Shown here: positions 17,831 through 27,020 of the stretch, piece by piece | Layout of the letters: each line of letters opens with the position of its first letter | Position numbering within the stretch: the first letter of the stretch is position 1 | Assembly: GCA_038064695.1 (NCBI GenBank) | Contig: JBBTSO010000001.1 | Location: forward strand, 85,932-149,931 | Source of the DNA: Patescibacteria group bacterium | GTDB lineage: Bacteria > Patescibacteriota > Minisyncoccia > Phycocordibacterales > Phycocordibacteraceae | Direction of reading: 5' to 3' | Length of the DNA: 64,000 nt | Notes under the pieces: model-generated | Seen by the model: only the letters and a program-made list of their open reading frames with translations | What the model was told of the DNA's origin: nothing | The model's database searches: none | Made by a program: the position numbers and the translations under genes

Positions 17831-18046
17831 TCTATTTCGAGAGCAGCATAGTGGAATGTACCACGAGAGCGGAGTTTTTTCACTGGTTGGCGAAGCCAGA
17901 AAGCCACAGCCGTAAGGCTATGGCTGAATGGTCGCATAGGAAAAGAACGCCCGGTGGGGCGTTCCCTGACCAGCAAAACGCCACTGGTAGCCGCCCGCGG
18001 AAAGCCCCGTCCGTTAGGGTGAGGTTAGACGGACGGCTCGTTTTAC

Positions 18047-18505
18047 CTATAATCCCAATTTTTCAACGAGCATTTCAGTGAAGGAGTCAATATCGTCAAC
18101 TTCTTCAATGTTGTTGTTTTTAAATTCGGTACGTACCGCGCGATGGTCAATATCAATAAGGGGAATGACCGTGGTTCCAAGCAACGTTTTAGTTTTGATA
18201 GTGAGACGGTAGGGGCTTGCGCGGTCGTTTATTGAAAAGAGTTCTACCGATGCCCAGGGAATGATGCGTTCATCAAGGTGAACTCCCGAATCGCTGAGTC
18301 CGTACTTTTTTTCACCCGCAGGACGAGACCCCGCAAGCATCACGGTAAAACCTCCGATTAAGATAAGGAACCCAAAAAGAATATTCCCCACAATGAAGCT
18401 CGCAAGTGCGACACCTCCCGCCACGATGCCGATAGTGACGTACCAGTTTTTGGTTTTTTTAGAAGCCGCTTCCTGGTGGCTTTGCCACATGTACTTTTTC
18501 TTCAC
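18047..18505 (-). CDS. hypothetical membrane protein (bacterial PH-domain-like)
   Basis: Two TM helices followed by a small beta-rich domain. Confidence 0.35.
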   Translation of the reverse strand: MKKKYMWQSHQEAASKKTKNWYVTIGIVAGGVALASFIVGNILFGFLILIGGFTVMLAGSRPAGEKKYGLSDSGVHLDERIIPWASVELFSINDRASPYRLTIKTKTLLGTTVIPLIDIDHRAVRTEFKNNNIEEVDDIDSFTEMLVEKLGL

Positions 18506-18567
18506 CTCTTTATTGTATATGAAAAAAGAAGTTTCATATTCACCTTGTTTAGGTATACTAAGATGTA

Positions 18568-19479
18568 ATGAAAAAACAAATAGGACTCGTTGGCTTGGGG
18601 AAGATGGGCAAGGGAATTAGCCTTCACTTACACGAACAAGGGTGGGACGTAGTAGGGTTTGATGTGTCGCCTGACGCTACTAAAGCAGTAGCTGATGCGG
18701 GGGTAAAAACAGTTGCGTCTCTCGCTGAAATGGCTAAGCAGCTTTCTGCACCACGCGTAGTGTGGGTTATGTTGCCCGCAGGATCTGTAAGCGAAGAAGT
18801 GTTTCTCGGTAAACAAGGGTTACGTGAACTTTTATCTGCAGGTGACGTAGTCATTGATGCGGCGAATGCATTTTATGAAGACTCAATGAGGAGGGCAAGT
18901 TCTTTTGAAAAAGAAAACATTTCATTTATTGATGTAGGATTTTCTGGAGGGCCACAGAGCGCTCGTACAGGAGCGTGCATTATGGTAGGGGGGGTTTCAT
19001 CTGTCGTATCTTCGCTCGCATCGCTTTTTGATGCACTGACAGTAAAAGAGGGCTGGGCACATTGCGGGTCTTCAGGGGCTGGTCATTTTACTAAAATGGT
19101 GCACAACGGAATTGAATACGGCATGATGCAGTCTCTCGCGGAGGGGTTTGCGGTTTTGCGGGAGTCTCCTTTTAACTTAGATTTAGTCACTATTGCTAAC
19201 CTGTATAACCATCGCAGTATCATTGAGTCGCGTCTTGTTGGGTGGGCGGAGAGTGGGCTTGAGCAGTTTGGTATTGATTTGGAAGAAGTATCAGGGACCG
19301 TGGCTCACACAGGAGAGGGGAAGTGGACAGTGGAAACGGCAAAAAAACTTGGCGTCCCCGTGCCGTCTATTGAGCTGGCGTACAATTTCCGCGTAGAGTC
19401 AGAAAAAAATCCTTCCTACATCGGTAAAGTGCTCTCCATGCTCCGTAACCAGTTTGGGGGACATGTCGCAAAAAAATAA
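18568..19479 (+). CDS. 6-phosphogluconate dehydrogenase (decarboxylating)-like NAD(P)-binding protein, short form
   Basis: Rossmann start MKKQIGLVGLGKMGKGI and a 6PGDH-type C-terminal helical domain. About 300 aa, like YqeC/Gnd-like proteins. Confidence 0.7.
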   Translation: MKKQIGLVGLGKMGKGISLHLHEQGWDVVGFDVSPDATKAVADAGVKTVASLAEMAKQLSAPRVVWVMLPAGSVSEEVFLGKQGLRELLSAGDVVIDAANAFYEDSMRRASSFEKENISFIDVGFSGGPQSARTGACIMVGGVSSVVSSLASLFDALTVKEGWAHCGSSGAGHFTKMVHNGIEYGMMQSLAEGFAVLRESPFNLDLVTIANLYNHRSIIESRLVGWAESGLEQFGIDLEEVSGTVAHTGEGKWTVETAKKLGVPVPSIELAYNFRVESEKNPSYIGKVLSMLRNQFGGHVAKK

Positions 19480-19481
19480 GT

Positions 19482-20489
19482 ATGGACATCGCGCGTATTG
19501 TTCAGCACTGGCCCGTTGAATTTTCTGCCGAAGCGCTCGGGAGTGCGAAACGTCCGACGACGGGGCTTTTAAATAAAACATTCTTGCTGCGGGAAGCGGG
19601 GGTTTTGTACGTGTTGCAGTCGGTACACCCGGCAGTGGCGTTTGACGGTTCGTTTAAAAACTATGACAACGTGACGCAATTTTTAAAATCAAAAGGATTT
19701 CAAACACAAACCTTCGTGCGCACCAATTCGGGAGCGCTGTGGCATGAAGAAGAAGGAGCGCGTTGGCGCCTACTTGTTGGGGTTGAGGGTGTCACCCACG
19801 AGTTCACGACCGACCCCGCGCTCGCACGGGAGGCAGGAAGTTTTTTAGGGAGTTTTACCGACGTGCTCGCTTCGTACCCTCACGCGCTTGATGAGGGGCG
19901 CCGGTCATTTGTGTATGAAGGAGAAATTGAAAGACTTGACCTCTACCACGATGAACTTATGCACGACCCTGACCCGCGTATGGGGGAGGCTGCCGAGCTG
20001 CTGCTCCGTGAATTGCCGCACCTGTTGTTGCCGAAAGATTTGCCCGAGCGCATTATTCACACCGATCCAAAAATTTCTAATTTTCTTTTTTCCTCTGACG
20101 GTCGTGCGGTTTCAATGATTGATCTAGACGCGCTTCAGGTTTTGAGCCCACTCTACGACCTCGGCGATGCTATTCGTTCGTGGTGTGGGCAAGCGGAAGA
20201 CGACCCGAACAACACCTTTAATAGTGGAATATATGAAGCGTTGGTAAAAGGGTACACAGGAGCTCTAAAAACAAGTCCACTTTCTGAAAGGGAAGTGGCG
20301 CTTATTCCAAACGCTGCAAAGTTGGTGATGCTAGGGCTCACGACACGATTTTTAAATGACTACATAGACGATTCATATTTTGGGTGGGATGCCACTCGGT
20401 ATACAAGTCGCAAAGACCATAACAAGGCGCGAGTTATGGGGCAGTTGTCACTCTATAAAACATTCGAGAAGTTTCAGGCGAATATTTGA
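19482..20489 (+). CDS. phosphotransferase family protein (APH / homoserine kinase type II-like)
   Basis: Catalytic loop IIHTDPKISNFLF and metal-binding MIDLDAL. Kinase-like fold. Confidence 0.55.
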   Translation: MDIARIVQHWPVEFSAEALGSAKRPTTGLLNKTFLLREAGVLYVLQSVHPAVAFDGSFKNYDNVTQFLKSKGFQTQTFVRTNSGALWHEEEGARWRLLVGVEGVTHEFTTDPALAREAGSFLGSFTDVLASYPHALDEGRRSFVYEGEIERLDLYHDELMHDPDPRMGEAAELLLRELPHLLLPKDLPERIIHTDPKISNFLFSSDGRAVSMIDLDALQVLSPLYDLGDAIRSWCGQAEDDPNNTFNSGIYEALVKGYTGALKTSPLSEREVALIPNAAKLVMLGLTTRFLNDYIDDSYFGWDATRYTSRKDHNKARVMGQLSLYKTFEKFQANI

Positions 20490-20544
20490 CAAGTTGTTTT
20501 TGTTAAGTATAATTTAAAAATATTTAGTTAATTAATTTTATTGT

Positions 20545-20781
20545 ATGGCGGAAATTACTAGAGCAGAGGGGGAAGGACTTCGTAATAATGCAGCGTGGTG
20601 GGCTATTTTCATCGGCGGAATTTTTATGGCTGCCGTTGGCTTGGATGTAGAAATTGAAGAGGGCAATGAAGTGGGTAAGGGTGCACCTGTCATTGTAGCT
20701 GGTGCTTTGATGGCAGTTTCTCCATGGGTGGTTAAGGCACTTTTGAAAAAGAAACCTGCAGTTGGACCAAATCAACACTAA
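20545..20781 (+). CDS. small membrane protein
   Basis: 78 aa with two hydrophobic helices. Followed by a strong terminator. Confidence 0.35.
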   Translation: MAEITRAEGEGLRNNAAWWAIFIGGIFMAAVGLDVEIEEGNEVGKGAPVIVAGALMAVSPWVVKALLKKKPAVGPNQH

Positions 20782-20790
20782 TTAATTTAA

Positions 20791-20820
20791 AAACCCTCCG
20801 CAGTGCGGAGGGTTTTTTGT
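20791..20820 (+). terminator. intrinsic terminator
   Basis: ccctccgcagtgcggaggg followed by ttttttg. Confidence 0.6.
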
Positions 20821-20878
20821 TGCGTGCACACGGATAATCAACTTTAACAAAAAACAATATTTTATATTGTTAATGTGT

Positions 20879-20967
20879 TGGCGGAGGCGGTGAGATTCGA
20901 ACTCACGGTACCGTAAAGGTACGGCGCATTTCAAGTGCGCTGGAATAAACCACTATCCGACGCCTCC
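20879..20967 (-). tRNA. tRNA-Ser (anticodon TGA), CCA encoded
   Basis: Reverse complement gives acceptor GGAGGCG/CGCCTCC, anticodon stem GCGCA/TGCGC with loop CTTGAAA, a long variable arm, T arm GAGTTCGAATCTC and a 3' GCCA. Confidence 0.85.
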
Positions 20968-20972
20968 CTAGC

Positions 20973-21452
20973 CTAGTGAGATAGTTTACCACCTAACCAA
21001 CTTTTTTCCAGGTAGTGTTCTTCATAGTGACAATTGGGACAAATGAGTTCAAGATTTAGAAGATCATTGTTACTCCGGTCGCGGTCTTTATGGTGCACGT
21101 GTAAAATTTCTTTTCGACTATACTGGCATCGCTCACACTCTACTCCACGTAGCTGGAGTAGTCGGATTTTTAGAGCTCGTTGTGTTGCCACTTTATCTTT
21201 TGGTCTACCAATATGGTATTTAATGCCAGCTCTATTTTTATTTGCGCAGCTTCGGCTACAAGTTTTTTTATGAAGTTGGGCGAGAATAGGTTTTTCACAT
21301 ATCACACAAGGTTTTTCTTTTCGTTGAGCTTGCGCGTAGCATTTCTGGCCACAAAATACGCGTCCGCGTTTAATTTCACTCGGTCTCCGGTATATCTTTG
21401 TCCCACAAACACTACATCCAATATTAGGATTTCTTTTGTACGATGTGTTCAC
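20973..21452 (-). CDS. HNH endonuclease with N-terminal zinc-ribbon repeats
   Basis: HVHHKDRDRSNNDLLNLELICPNCH (HNH motif) and four CxxC pairs in the N-terminal part. The stop codon lies 6 bp from the tRNA-Ser 5' end. Confidence 0.7.
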   Translation of the reverse strand: MNTSYKRNPNIGCSVCGTKIYRRPSEIKRGRVFCGQKCYAQAQRKEKPCVICEKPILAQLHKKTCSRSCANKNRAGIKYHIGRPKDKVATQRALKIRLLQLRGVECERCQYSRKEILHVHHKDRDRSNNDLLNLELICPNCHYEEHYLEKSWLGGKLSH

Positions 21453-21582
21453 TCATTCAGTATACCACTCATTCATTCAGCCACTCGAGTTGCATTGAGA
21501 CATTTTTGTTTATAACAAAGGTTTCTGAGCCGGGGTCGCGAACCTTAGCATTTTACGAACCAGGGGAGTAAAATGGTTAGGA

Positions 21583-22008
21583 ATGAAACTAATCAAACCG
21601 TTGAATGAAAATACTCTGGACGAGTTTGTTGTTGTTCTCTCAGAAATCAACGAGGAGCCTCTTTTGACGGAAGTAATCCAGCGTCTGAAAGACGATTTTC
21701 TACGGAACCACTACCGTGGTTTTTTGCAATATGAAGATGAAAAGATATGCGGAGTTGCGATTGTTGTTGAAGCATACTCCGCAATTCACGCAAGAAAAAT
21801 TCTCATACTCGACGAGCTTTATATACGAAAAGAATTTAGACAAAAAGGATTAGGAAAGGTTCTTTTCGATCACATTGTAGAGTATGCAAAAGGGTCCAAG
21901 TTTATGCGTCTTGAGTGGCGAACCGAAAAAGGCAACATCACTGCGCAAGATTTTTATTCTCACTATGAAGCGGATACAGACTGGATTTTTTACGCTATGA
22001 AACTCTAG
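21583..22008 (+). CDS. GNAT family N-acetyltransferase
   Basis: Acetyl-CoA-binding region RQKGLGKVLFDHIVEYAK. Confidence 0.75.
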   Translation: MKLIKPLNENTLDEFVVVLSEINEEPLLTEVIQRLKDDFLRNHYRGFLQYEDEKICGVAIVVEAYSAIHARKILILDELYIRKEFRQKGLGKVLFDHIVEYAKGSKFMRLEWRTEKGNITAQDFYSHYEADTDWIFYAMKL

Positions 22009-22014
22009 GAGTTT

Positions 22015-22452
22015 ATGAAAGTCTTTATAGAGCAACCTGTTCAAGAGAATAAGAAAAATGTTTTTGATAAGAAGACAGGACAGTTTTTGAAGACTGTACC
22101 TATTAAGTTGACCTACCCATTTCCATATGGATATATTCTAGATACTCTGGCAGAAGATGGCGACAACTTAGACTGTTATGTTATTACCAATAAGAAACTG
22201 AAAACAGGAAACATTATTGAATGTGAGCCAATCGGTATGGCGGAGTGGTTTGAAGACGGGCAAGAAGACCATAAAATACTCACCATCCTAAAAGGTGAAG
22301 ATACCGATATTACAGCGGAGATGAAAAGTAAAATAACCTATTTCGCTGAACATTTCTTTGATGATCAGCCAGATAAGAAATACAGAATGGGAAAATTTTA
22401 CGGGAAAGAAAGTGCGTTAGAGCTCATCCAAAAATATTCTAACCCTGCATGA
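22015..22452 (+). CDS. ppa: inorganic pyrophosphatase (family I)-like
   Basis: PYGYILDTLAEDGDNLDCYVI corresponds to the DGDPLDVLV motif region. Short at 145 aa. Confidence 0.65.
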   Translation: MKVFIEQPVQENKKNVFDKKTGQFLKTVPIKLTYPFPYGYILDTLAEDGDNLDCYVITNKKLKTGNIIECEPIGMAEWFEDGQEDHKILTILKGEDTDITAEMKSKITYFAEHFFDDQPDKKYRMGKFYGKESALELIQKYSNPA

Positions 22453-22532
22453 TTTTTGAGTTGCTCACTAAAATTGAGCGAGGATGCAGTGAGAGGAATG
22501 CATAAAAGTAAATGTTCACGTTAAACTGAAGT

Positions 22533-23033
22533 ATGCAAAAATACGCTTTTCTCGATAGAGACGGGACGTTTCTCTATGAGCCAGAGAAACCCGAAAAGGT
22601 AGACCCTCGCGAAACGTTTCCGCTCAAATCTATGAGTGAGTTTAAGTTTATGGACGGGGCCATAGACGGAATTCGTGCTCTCACTGAAAAAGGATTCAAA
22701 TTGGTGATGGTTACTAACCAAACATTTCTGGGAACACCAAAGCACCCGAAAGAGATGTTTGACGCAGTGATGGATAAAATAGATGAAGAATTAAAAAAAT
22801 ATAACATCAGTTTTGAGTTTAAGATGGTCTGTCCGCATGGGCCTGACGAGGGGTGCGAATGTCGCAAGCCAAAAGTCGGCGGATTAGAAGAATTTTTCAA
22901 AACGCACGAGGTTGATTTTAAAAATTCTCTTATGTTTGGCGATCGTGCCACGGATAAGGAGTTTGCAAAAAACATTGGAGTCCGCTTTGTGGAAATTAGT
23001 ACTAACGGAAAGTTTGCAGTGCCCAACGATTAG
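22533..23033 (+). CDS. HAD-IIIA phosphatase (GmhB / histidinol-phosphatase-like)
   Basis: FLDRDGT (DxDGT motif) and the Zn-binding CPHGPDEGCECRKP insert typical of GmhB/HisB-N. Confidence 0.7.
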   Translation: MQKYAFLDRDGTFLYEPEKPEKVDPRETFPLKSMSEFKFMDGAIDGIRALTEKGFKLVMVTNQTFLGTPKHPKEMFDAVMDKIDEELKKYNISFEFKMVCPHGPDEGCECRKPKVGGLEEFFKTHEVDFKNSLMFGDRATDKEFAKNIGVRFVEISTNGKFAVPND

Positions 23034-23038
23034 TTTTT

Positions 23039-23569
23039 ATGAATGAGCTGGATCTTTTTTTATTTTTCGCACTGCACAACCTGTCAGGACAATCAGCACT
23101 GGTTGATGGACTCATTGTGTTGGTAGGGCAGTACGCGCTCTACCTCGTGTTAGCCATGCTCGCGTTCTTTTTTATTCGCGCTCTGCAGCAGAAAAAGATA
23201 TCGCAGGTGTACGGAGGGGTAAGCGCGACCGTGGTCGCGCTCATTGCCCGTTTTGGTGTTGCTGAAGTCCTCTATGCGTTGTTCCAGCGTCCGCGTCCGT
23301 ATGTTGCTTTTGATATCTCACACCTCCTCTCAAGTTCTGCTTTTTCATTCCCTTCGGGGCATACCGTTTTCCTTTTCGCACTTGCTACTGGTATGTATGG
23401 AGTACATAAGACGTTTTCGCTTATTCTTTTTGGTGTCGCGGCTCTCGTAGGAGTTGCGCGTGTTATGGGGGGCGCACACTATCCTTCAGACATTCTCGCA
23501 GGCGCGGTTTTAGGAACCCTCATCGGAGGAGCAGGGATTATCTTTTTAAAAAAAATAACGAAACACTAA
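23039..23569 (+). CDS. PAP2 family phosphatase (undecaprenyl-diphosphatase-like)
   Basis: PAP2 motifs SFPSGHT and GAHYPSDILAG. Multi-pass membrane protein. Confidence 0.8.
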   Translation: MNELDLFLFFALHNLSGQSALVDGLIVLVGQYALYLVLAMLAFFFIRALQQKKISQVYGGVSATVVALIARFGVAEVLYALFQRPRPYVAFDISHLLSSSAFSFPSGHTVFLFALATGMYGVHKTFSLILFGVAALVGVARVMGGAHYPSDILAGAVLGTLIGGAGIIFLKKITKH

Positions 23570-23580
23570 CGAAGAAAATG

Positions 23581-23832
23581 CTACGGAGTAGAAGGTTCGG
23601 TGACCGGAGCTGCTTCTTTTGATTTTTTGCCGATGAAGAAAATATAAATTATTTCAAGAATGCCGAGCGTATTTATGAGGAGGAGTGCTACAAACCAGTA
23701 CCGGTGGTTGTTGCGCGCCGCTCTCCACAGTGCCCACCCTTTCCACGCAAGAGACCAGAGTAAAAGTATTCCAAACACCATCAAGAGTGAACTGCCCATA
23801 AAAAACCCTTCCATATTAGTGTATGGTATCAC
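23581..23832 (-). CDS. small membrane protein (PLD-nuclease N-terminal-like)
   Basis: 83 aa with two TM helices and W-rich loops. Confidence 0.4.
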   Translation of the reverse strand: MIPYTNMEGFFMGSSLLMVFGILLLWSLAWKGWALWRAARNNHRYWFVALLLINTLGILEIIYIFFIGKKSKEAAPVTEPSTP

Positions 23833-23873
23833 CCCTGTATACTAGACACTATGAATCCCGTTAGAATTTCTAG

Positions 23874-23907
23874 AAAGAAAAATTATCATATATGATAATT
23901 TTTCTTA
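23874..23907. promoter_or_regulatory. 32-bp perfect palindrome inside the ruvX leader (candidate operator)
   Basis: aagaaaaattatcatat|atatgataatttttctt. It lies between the inverted repeats at 23854-23870 and 23974-23987. Confidence 0.5.
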
Positions 23908-23986
23908 AAATGTTACCGTTGGAGCAAACTATCCAGAATGGGTACCCGATACACGCATGAATAACAAAAACCAAAATTCTAACGGG

Positions 23987-24385
23987 ATGAAGTGCGTTGG
24001 CATTGACTACGGAACAAAGCGCGTCGGGGTTGCGGTGTCGGACGAGGCGGGGAGACTCGCATTTCCTAAAATGACGCTCCCTAATGACAAAATGCTTATC
24101 AGCGACGTGGTTGCTTTTATAAAAAAAGAGAAAGCAGAGTGCGTCGTGGTGGGGGAATCTAAAAACAACCAGGGCCTGGAAAACCCCGTGATGCAGGGCG
24201 CGCGCGACTTCGCCAAAATGATAGAGCGTGAGACGGGGCTCACGGTTGTGTTTGAGCCAGAGTTCTATTCATCTCTAGAGGCGCGCCGTTTAATGGACGG
24301 CGGAGGCCAAGTCGATGCGGAAGCAGCTGCTATTATTTTAAATAGTTATCTTGCTAGAATAAATACCTATGACGATTTCAATTGA
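23987..24385 (+). CDS. ruvX: Holliday junction resolvase-like protein RuvX/YqgF
   Basis: MKCVGIDYGTKRVGVAVSD, a RuvC-like fold. Start taken at ATG 23987. Confidence 0.85.
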   Translation: MKCVGIDYGTKRVGVAVSDEAGRLAFPKMTLPNDKMLISDVVAFIKKEKAECVVVGESKNNQGLENPVMQGARDFAKMIERETGLTVVFEPEFYSSLEARRLMDGGGQVDAEAAAIILNSYLARINTYDDFN

Positions 24386-24698
24386 TCAGTTTAAAGAAGC
24401 AGACATTCGCGTGGGTACCGTACGCACGTGTGAAAAAGTTCCTGATACCGACAAACTCCTTCATCTGGAAGTTGATTTTGGTGACGAAGTGGGAGTACGA
24501 CAAATTGTTTCAGGCATCGCGCTGTACGTGTCTCCAGAAGAAATGGTGGGGAAGCAAGTGTTGTTTGTGGTGAATTTAGAGCCGCGAACACTTCGCGGTC
24601 TTGAATCGCAGGGCATGTTGCTTGCAGTTGGCGAAGGAGACACTTTTTCATTTTTAGTACCCACCAAAGCAGTCGCGCCGGGGAGCAAGGTTCGCTAA
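24369..24698 (+). CDS. tRNA-binding domain protein (CsaA / MetRS C-terminal EMAP-like)
   Basis: OB-fold tRNA-binding signature RVGTV...DKLLHLEVDFGDE...QIVSGIA...VNLEPR. Confidence 0.7.
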   Translation: MTISIDQFKEADIRVGTVRTCEKVPDTDKLLHLEVDFGDEVGVRQIVSGIALYVSPEEMVGKQVLFVVNLEPRTLRGLESQGMLLAVGEGDTFSFLVPTKAVAPGSKVR

Positions 24699-24703
24699 TT
24701 CGC

Positions 24704-25327
24704 ATGGATGATATGTCGCCGCAAAAAAATATAGTGTCGCGCTTGCGCGCGTGGTGGGCGTGGTTTCGCACACAGGCAGAATCACGCCATGCGCCACTTG
24801 CGGTTGCCGTGTGGTCATTTTTAAATCCGCTCCTGGTTCCGTTTCCCGCGGAGTCTCTCCTTGCTCCTATTGCGCTTGCCAATCGAAAACGAGCAGTATT
24901 TTTAACCGCACTCGCATCCGTCATGAGCACCCTTGGCGCGGGGACTGGGTACCTGCTCGCGATGTTTCTTTTTGATGCGTTTGTAGCCCCTTTGGTGGTA
25001 GGGGCAGACCTCCAAGCTCAACTTTCCGCCTTCACCAGCGCCGCGGGCCCACTCACCATTTTTTGGATTGTATTCATCGCAGCGCTCACCCTTATTCCAG
25101 ATCCGCCCTTCATCGCGGCGGCAGGGTTGCTGCACGTTGATTTTTTTACCTTTATGATTGCCTTCTTTCTTGGACGCACCCTGCGTTTTGTGCTGGTAAT
25201 TGGCGTGGTGCTTCTTTTTGGGCGGCGTGCGTGGTTTTCTTTTGAAAAAAACGAAAAACGCATCGCGCTCGCGCTTTTTCTTCTCACCATACTTCTGGGC
25301 GCGGCTTTTTTCTTTTTCTTCACATAA
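24704..25327 (+). CDS. DedA/YqaA family membrane protein
   Basis: Multi-pass membrane protein with DedA-like topology. Confidence 0.4.
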   Translation: MDDMSPQKNIVSRLRAWWAWFRTQAESRHAPLAVAVWSFLNPLLVPFPAESLLAPIALANRKRAVFLTALASVMSTLGAGTGYLLAMFLFDAFVAPLVVGADLQAQLSAFTSAAGPLTIFWIVFIAALTLIPDPPFIAAAGLLHVDFFTFMIAFFLGRTLRFVLVIGVVLLFGRRAWFSFEKNEKRIALALFLLTILLGAAFFFFFT

Positions 25328-25440
25328 AGCAAATCGTCCGCGCGTTTTGAATGTAGGGCGCGTTTTTTGTTGCGTATAATAGTGGTATGGATTTGTTTAC
25401 GCACCTCGGCGCTGTGTTTCCACCTCCCGCGTACCTTGCG

Positions 25441-26478
25441 ATGTACGCCGCGGGTGTTGATATTGGAGAACGTTCAGTGAAGGCGGTTACGTTTAAGTCA
25501 CACGTGGGGAGGTGTTTCCTTGAAAATTATACGCAGGCAGAGCTCGCTGATGGAGTCGTGGTGGGTGGAGACATTGAAAAACCCGACGCACTCGTTGAAG
25601 TGCTTCGCTCGTTTCGCCTGCGTGAACGTATTCATTTTGCGCACGCCTCTCTTCCTGAGCGTAAAGCGTACCTGTACCAAACACTCATTCCGCGCGAATC
25701 AAAAGATGATCTTAAAACGGGAGTTGAGTTTTCTTTAGAATCGCACGTTCCCATCGCGCCGTCTGATGTTCTTTTTGACTACGAAGTGGTGCGCACCGTT
25801 GAAAGTGGGACCATTGTGAGCGTTACCGCCTATGCAAAGCGAGTTGTTGAGCAGTATGTAGATGTGTTTCAGCGTGCCGGCATCACACTTCGGTCACTTG
25901 AAATTGAATCCCAAGCGCTCGGACGAGCGTTGTGGGGGAAGGAAGATAAAAACCGCACGGTGATGGCAGTTGATTTCGGAAGAAAGACCACGCGTATTGC
26001 CGTATTTGACCACGGGTCGGTAGGGTTTACCGCGACCGTTGATGTGGGAGGAGACGCACTGACGAGTGCCGTTATGAAAAACTTTTCTATATCTGCAGAG
26101 GAGGCAGAAAAAATAAAAAGTGAAAAAGGATTTTTAGAAGGAGAGAGTAATCGTCAGCTGTACGAAGCGCTCGCCACGACTGCCTCGGTGTTGAAAGATG
26201 AAATTTTGCGACACCTCTCCTATTGGAATACGCAGTCGGATGACGATATTCCTCGCCACGCCGTTGAGGCGATTGTGTTGGTGGGTGGGCACGCAAACCT
26301 CAAAGGACTACCCGAACACCTTGCGCGCTTCTTGCACATTCCCGTCTTAGTGGGGGACGTGTGGAAGAACGCGGTATCATTAAATGAACACATTCCAAAA
26401 ATGCCTCACAATACGTCGCTTGAGTTTTCAACGACCGTGGGGCTAGCACTCCGAAGTTGTAATTGTCATACATGGTAA
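25441..26478 (+). CDS. pilM: type IV pilus assembly protein PilM (actin-like ATPase fold)
   Basis: N-terminal AGVDIGERSVKAV, actin/HSP70-like fold and PilM-like length. Confidence 0.65.
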   Translation: MYAAGVDIGERSVKAVTFKSHVGRCFLENYTQAELADGVVVGGDIEKPDALVEVLRSFRLRERIHFAHASLPERKAYLYQTLIPRESKDDLKTGVEFSLESHVPIAPSDVLFDYEVVRTVESGTIVSVTAYAKRVVEQYVDVFQRAGITLRSLEIESQALGRALWGKEDKNRTVMAVDFGRKTTRIAVFDHGSVGFTATVDVGGDALTSAVMKNFSISAEEAEKIKSEKGFLEGESNRQLYEALATTASVLKDEILRHLSYWNTQSDDDIPRHAVEAIVLVGGHANLKGLPEHLARFLHIPVLVGDVWKNAVSLNEHIPKMPHNTSLEFSTTVGLALRSCNCHTW

Positions 26479-27011
26479 ACGTACTCCCTCCCAAACACAC
26501 CCGAATGATGACTGTGCGGTACTATACCCGCCTCGCGACGCTTCTGTTTTTCATACTCGCGGGGTCGTTTTTAGTGGGAGGGGCGCTCCTCATTCCTTCT
26601 TACATCGCCTCATCAGCGCAAGCAGATTCGTTTGAGCAGTACCGCGACGCGCTGGCGGGAAGCATTGGGCTTAAGGAGCGCGGGCAGACAGAAAGCACCG
26701 TGCTCGCGCTCGCAGAACGGCTTCGCATTGTGAAAGAGCACCACGAACTCGTGCGTGTCGTTGATGTACTGGAGACACTGTTTGCAAAACAGTCATCAAC
26801 GATTCTGATTGACGCGGTGTCGCTGTCGCGTACCGAAGGGGGCGTTACCATTAAAATTGCAGGAGTTGCCGACACTCGCGCCGCGCTCATTGCATTTGTT
26901 GATGTGGTGCGTGCAGATACTGCATTCAGTAACGTCGCACTCCCTGTCGCGCAGTTGGTTATTGAAAAAGATGTTCCATTTTCGCTCGGTATGGAATACC
27001 GAATTCCGTAA
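26463..27011 (+). CDS. PilN-like pilus assembly protein
   Basis: Single N-terminal TM helix plus periplasmic domain. Follows pilM in an operon. Confidence 0.45.
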   Translation: MSYMVNVLPPKHTRMMTVRYYTRLATLLFFILAGSFLVGGALLIPSYIASSAQADSFEQYRDALAGSIGLKERGQTESTVLALAERLRIVKEHHELVRVVDVLETLFAKQSSTILIDAVSLSRTEGGVTIKIAGVADTRAALIAFVDVVRADTAFSNVALPVAQLVIEKDVPFSLGMEYRIP

Positions 27012-27020
27012 CATACTTCT

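Noticed and set aside
17788-18081. 97-aa ORF overlapping the structured noncoding segment
   Set aside because: Arg/Pro-rich with no start context. The region looks like structured RNA ending in a terminator. It also overlaps the conserved tRNA upstream module.
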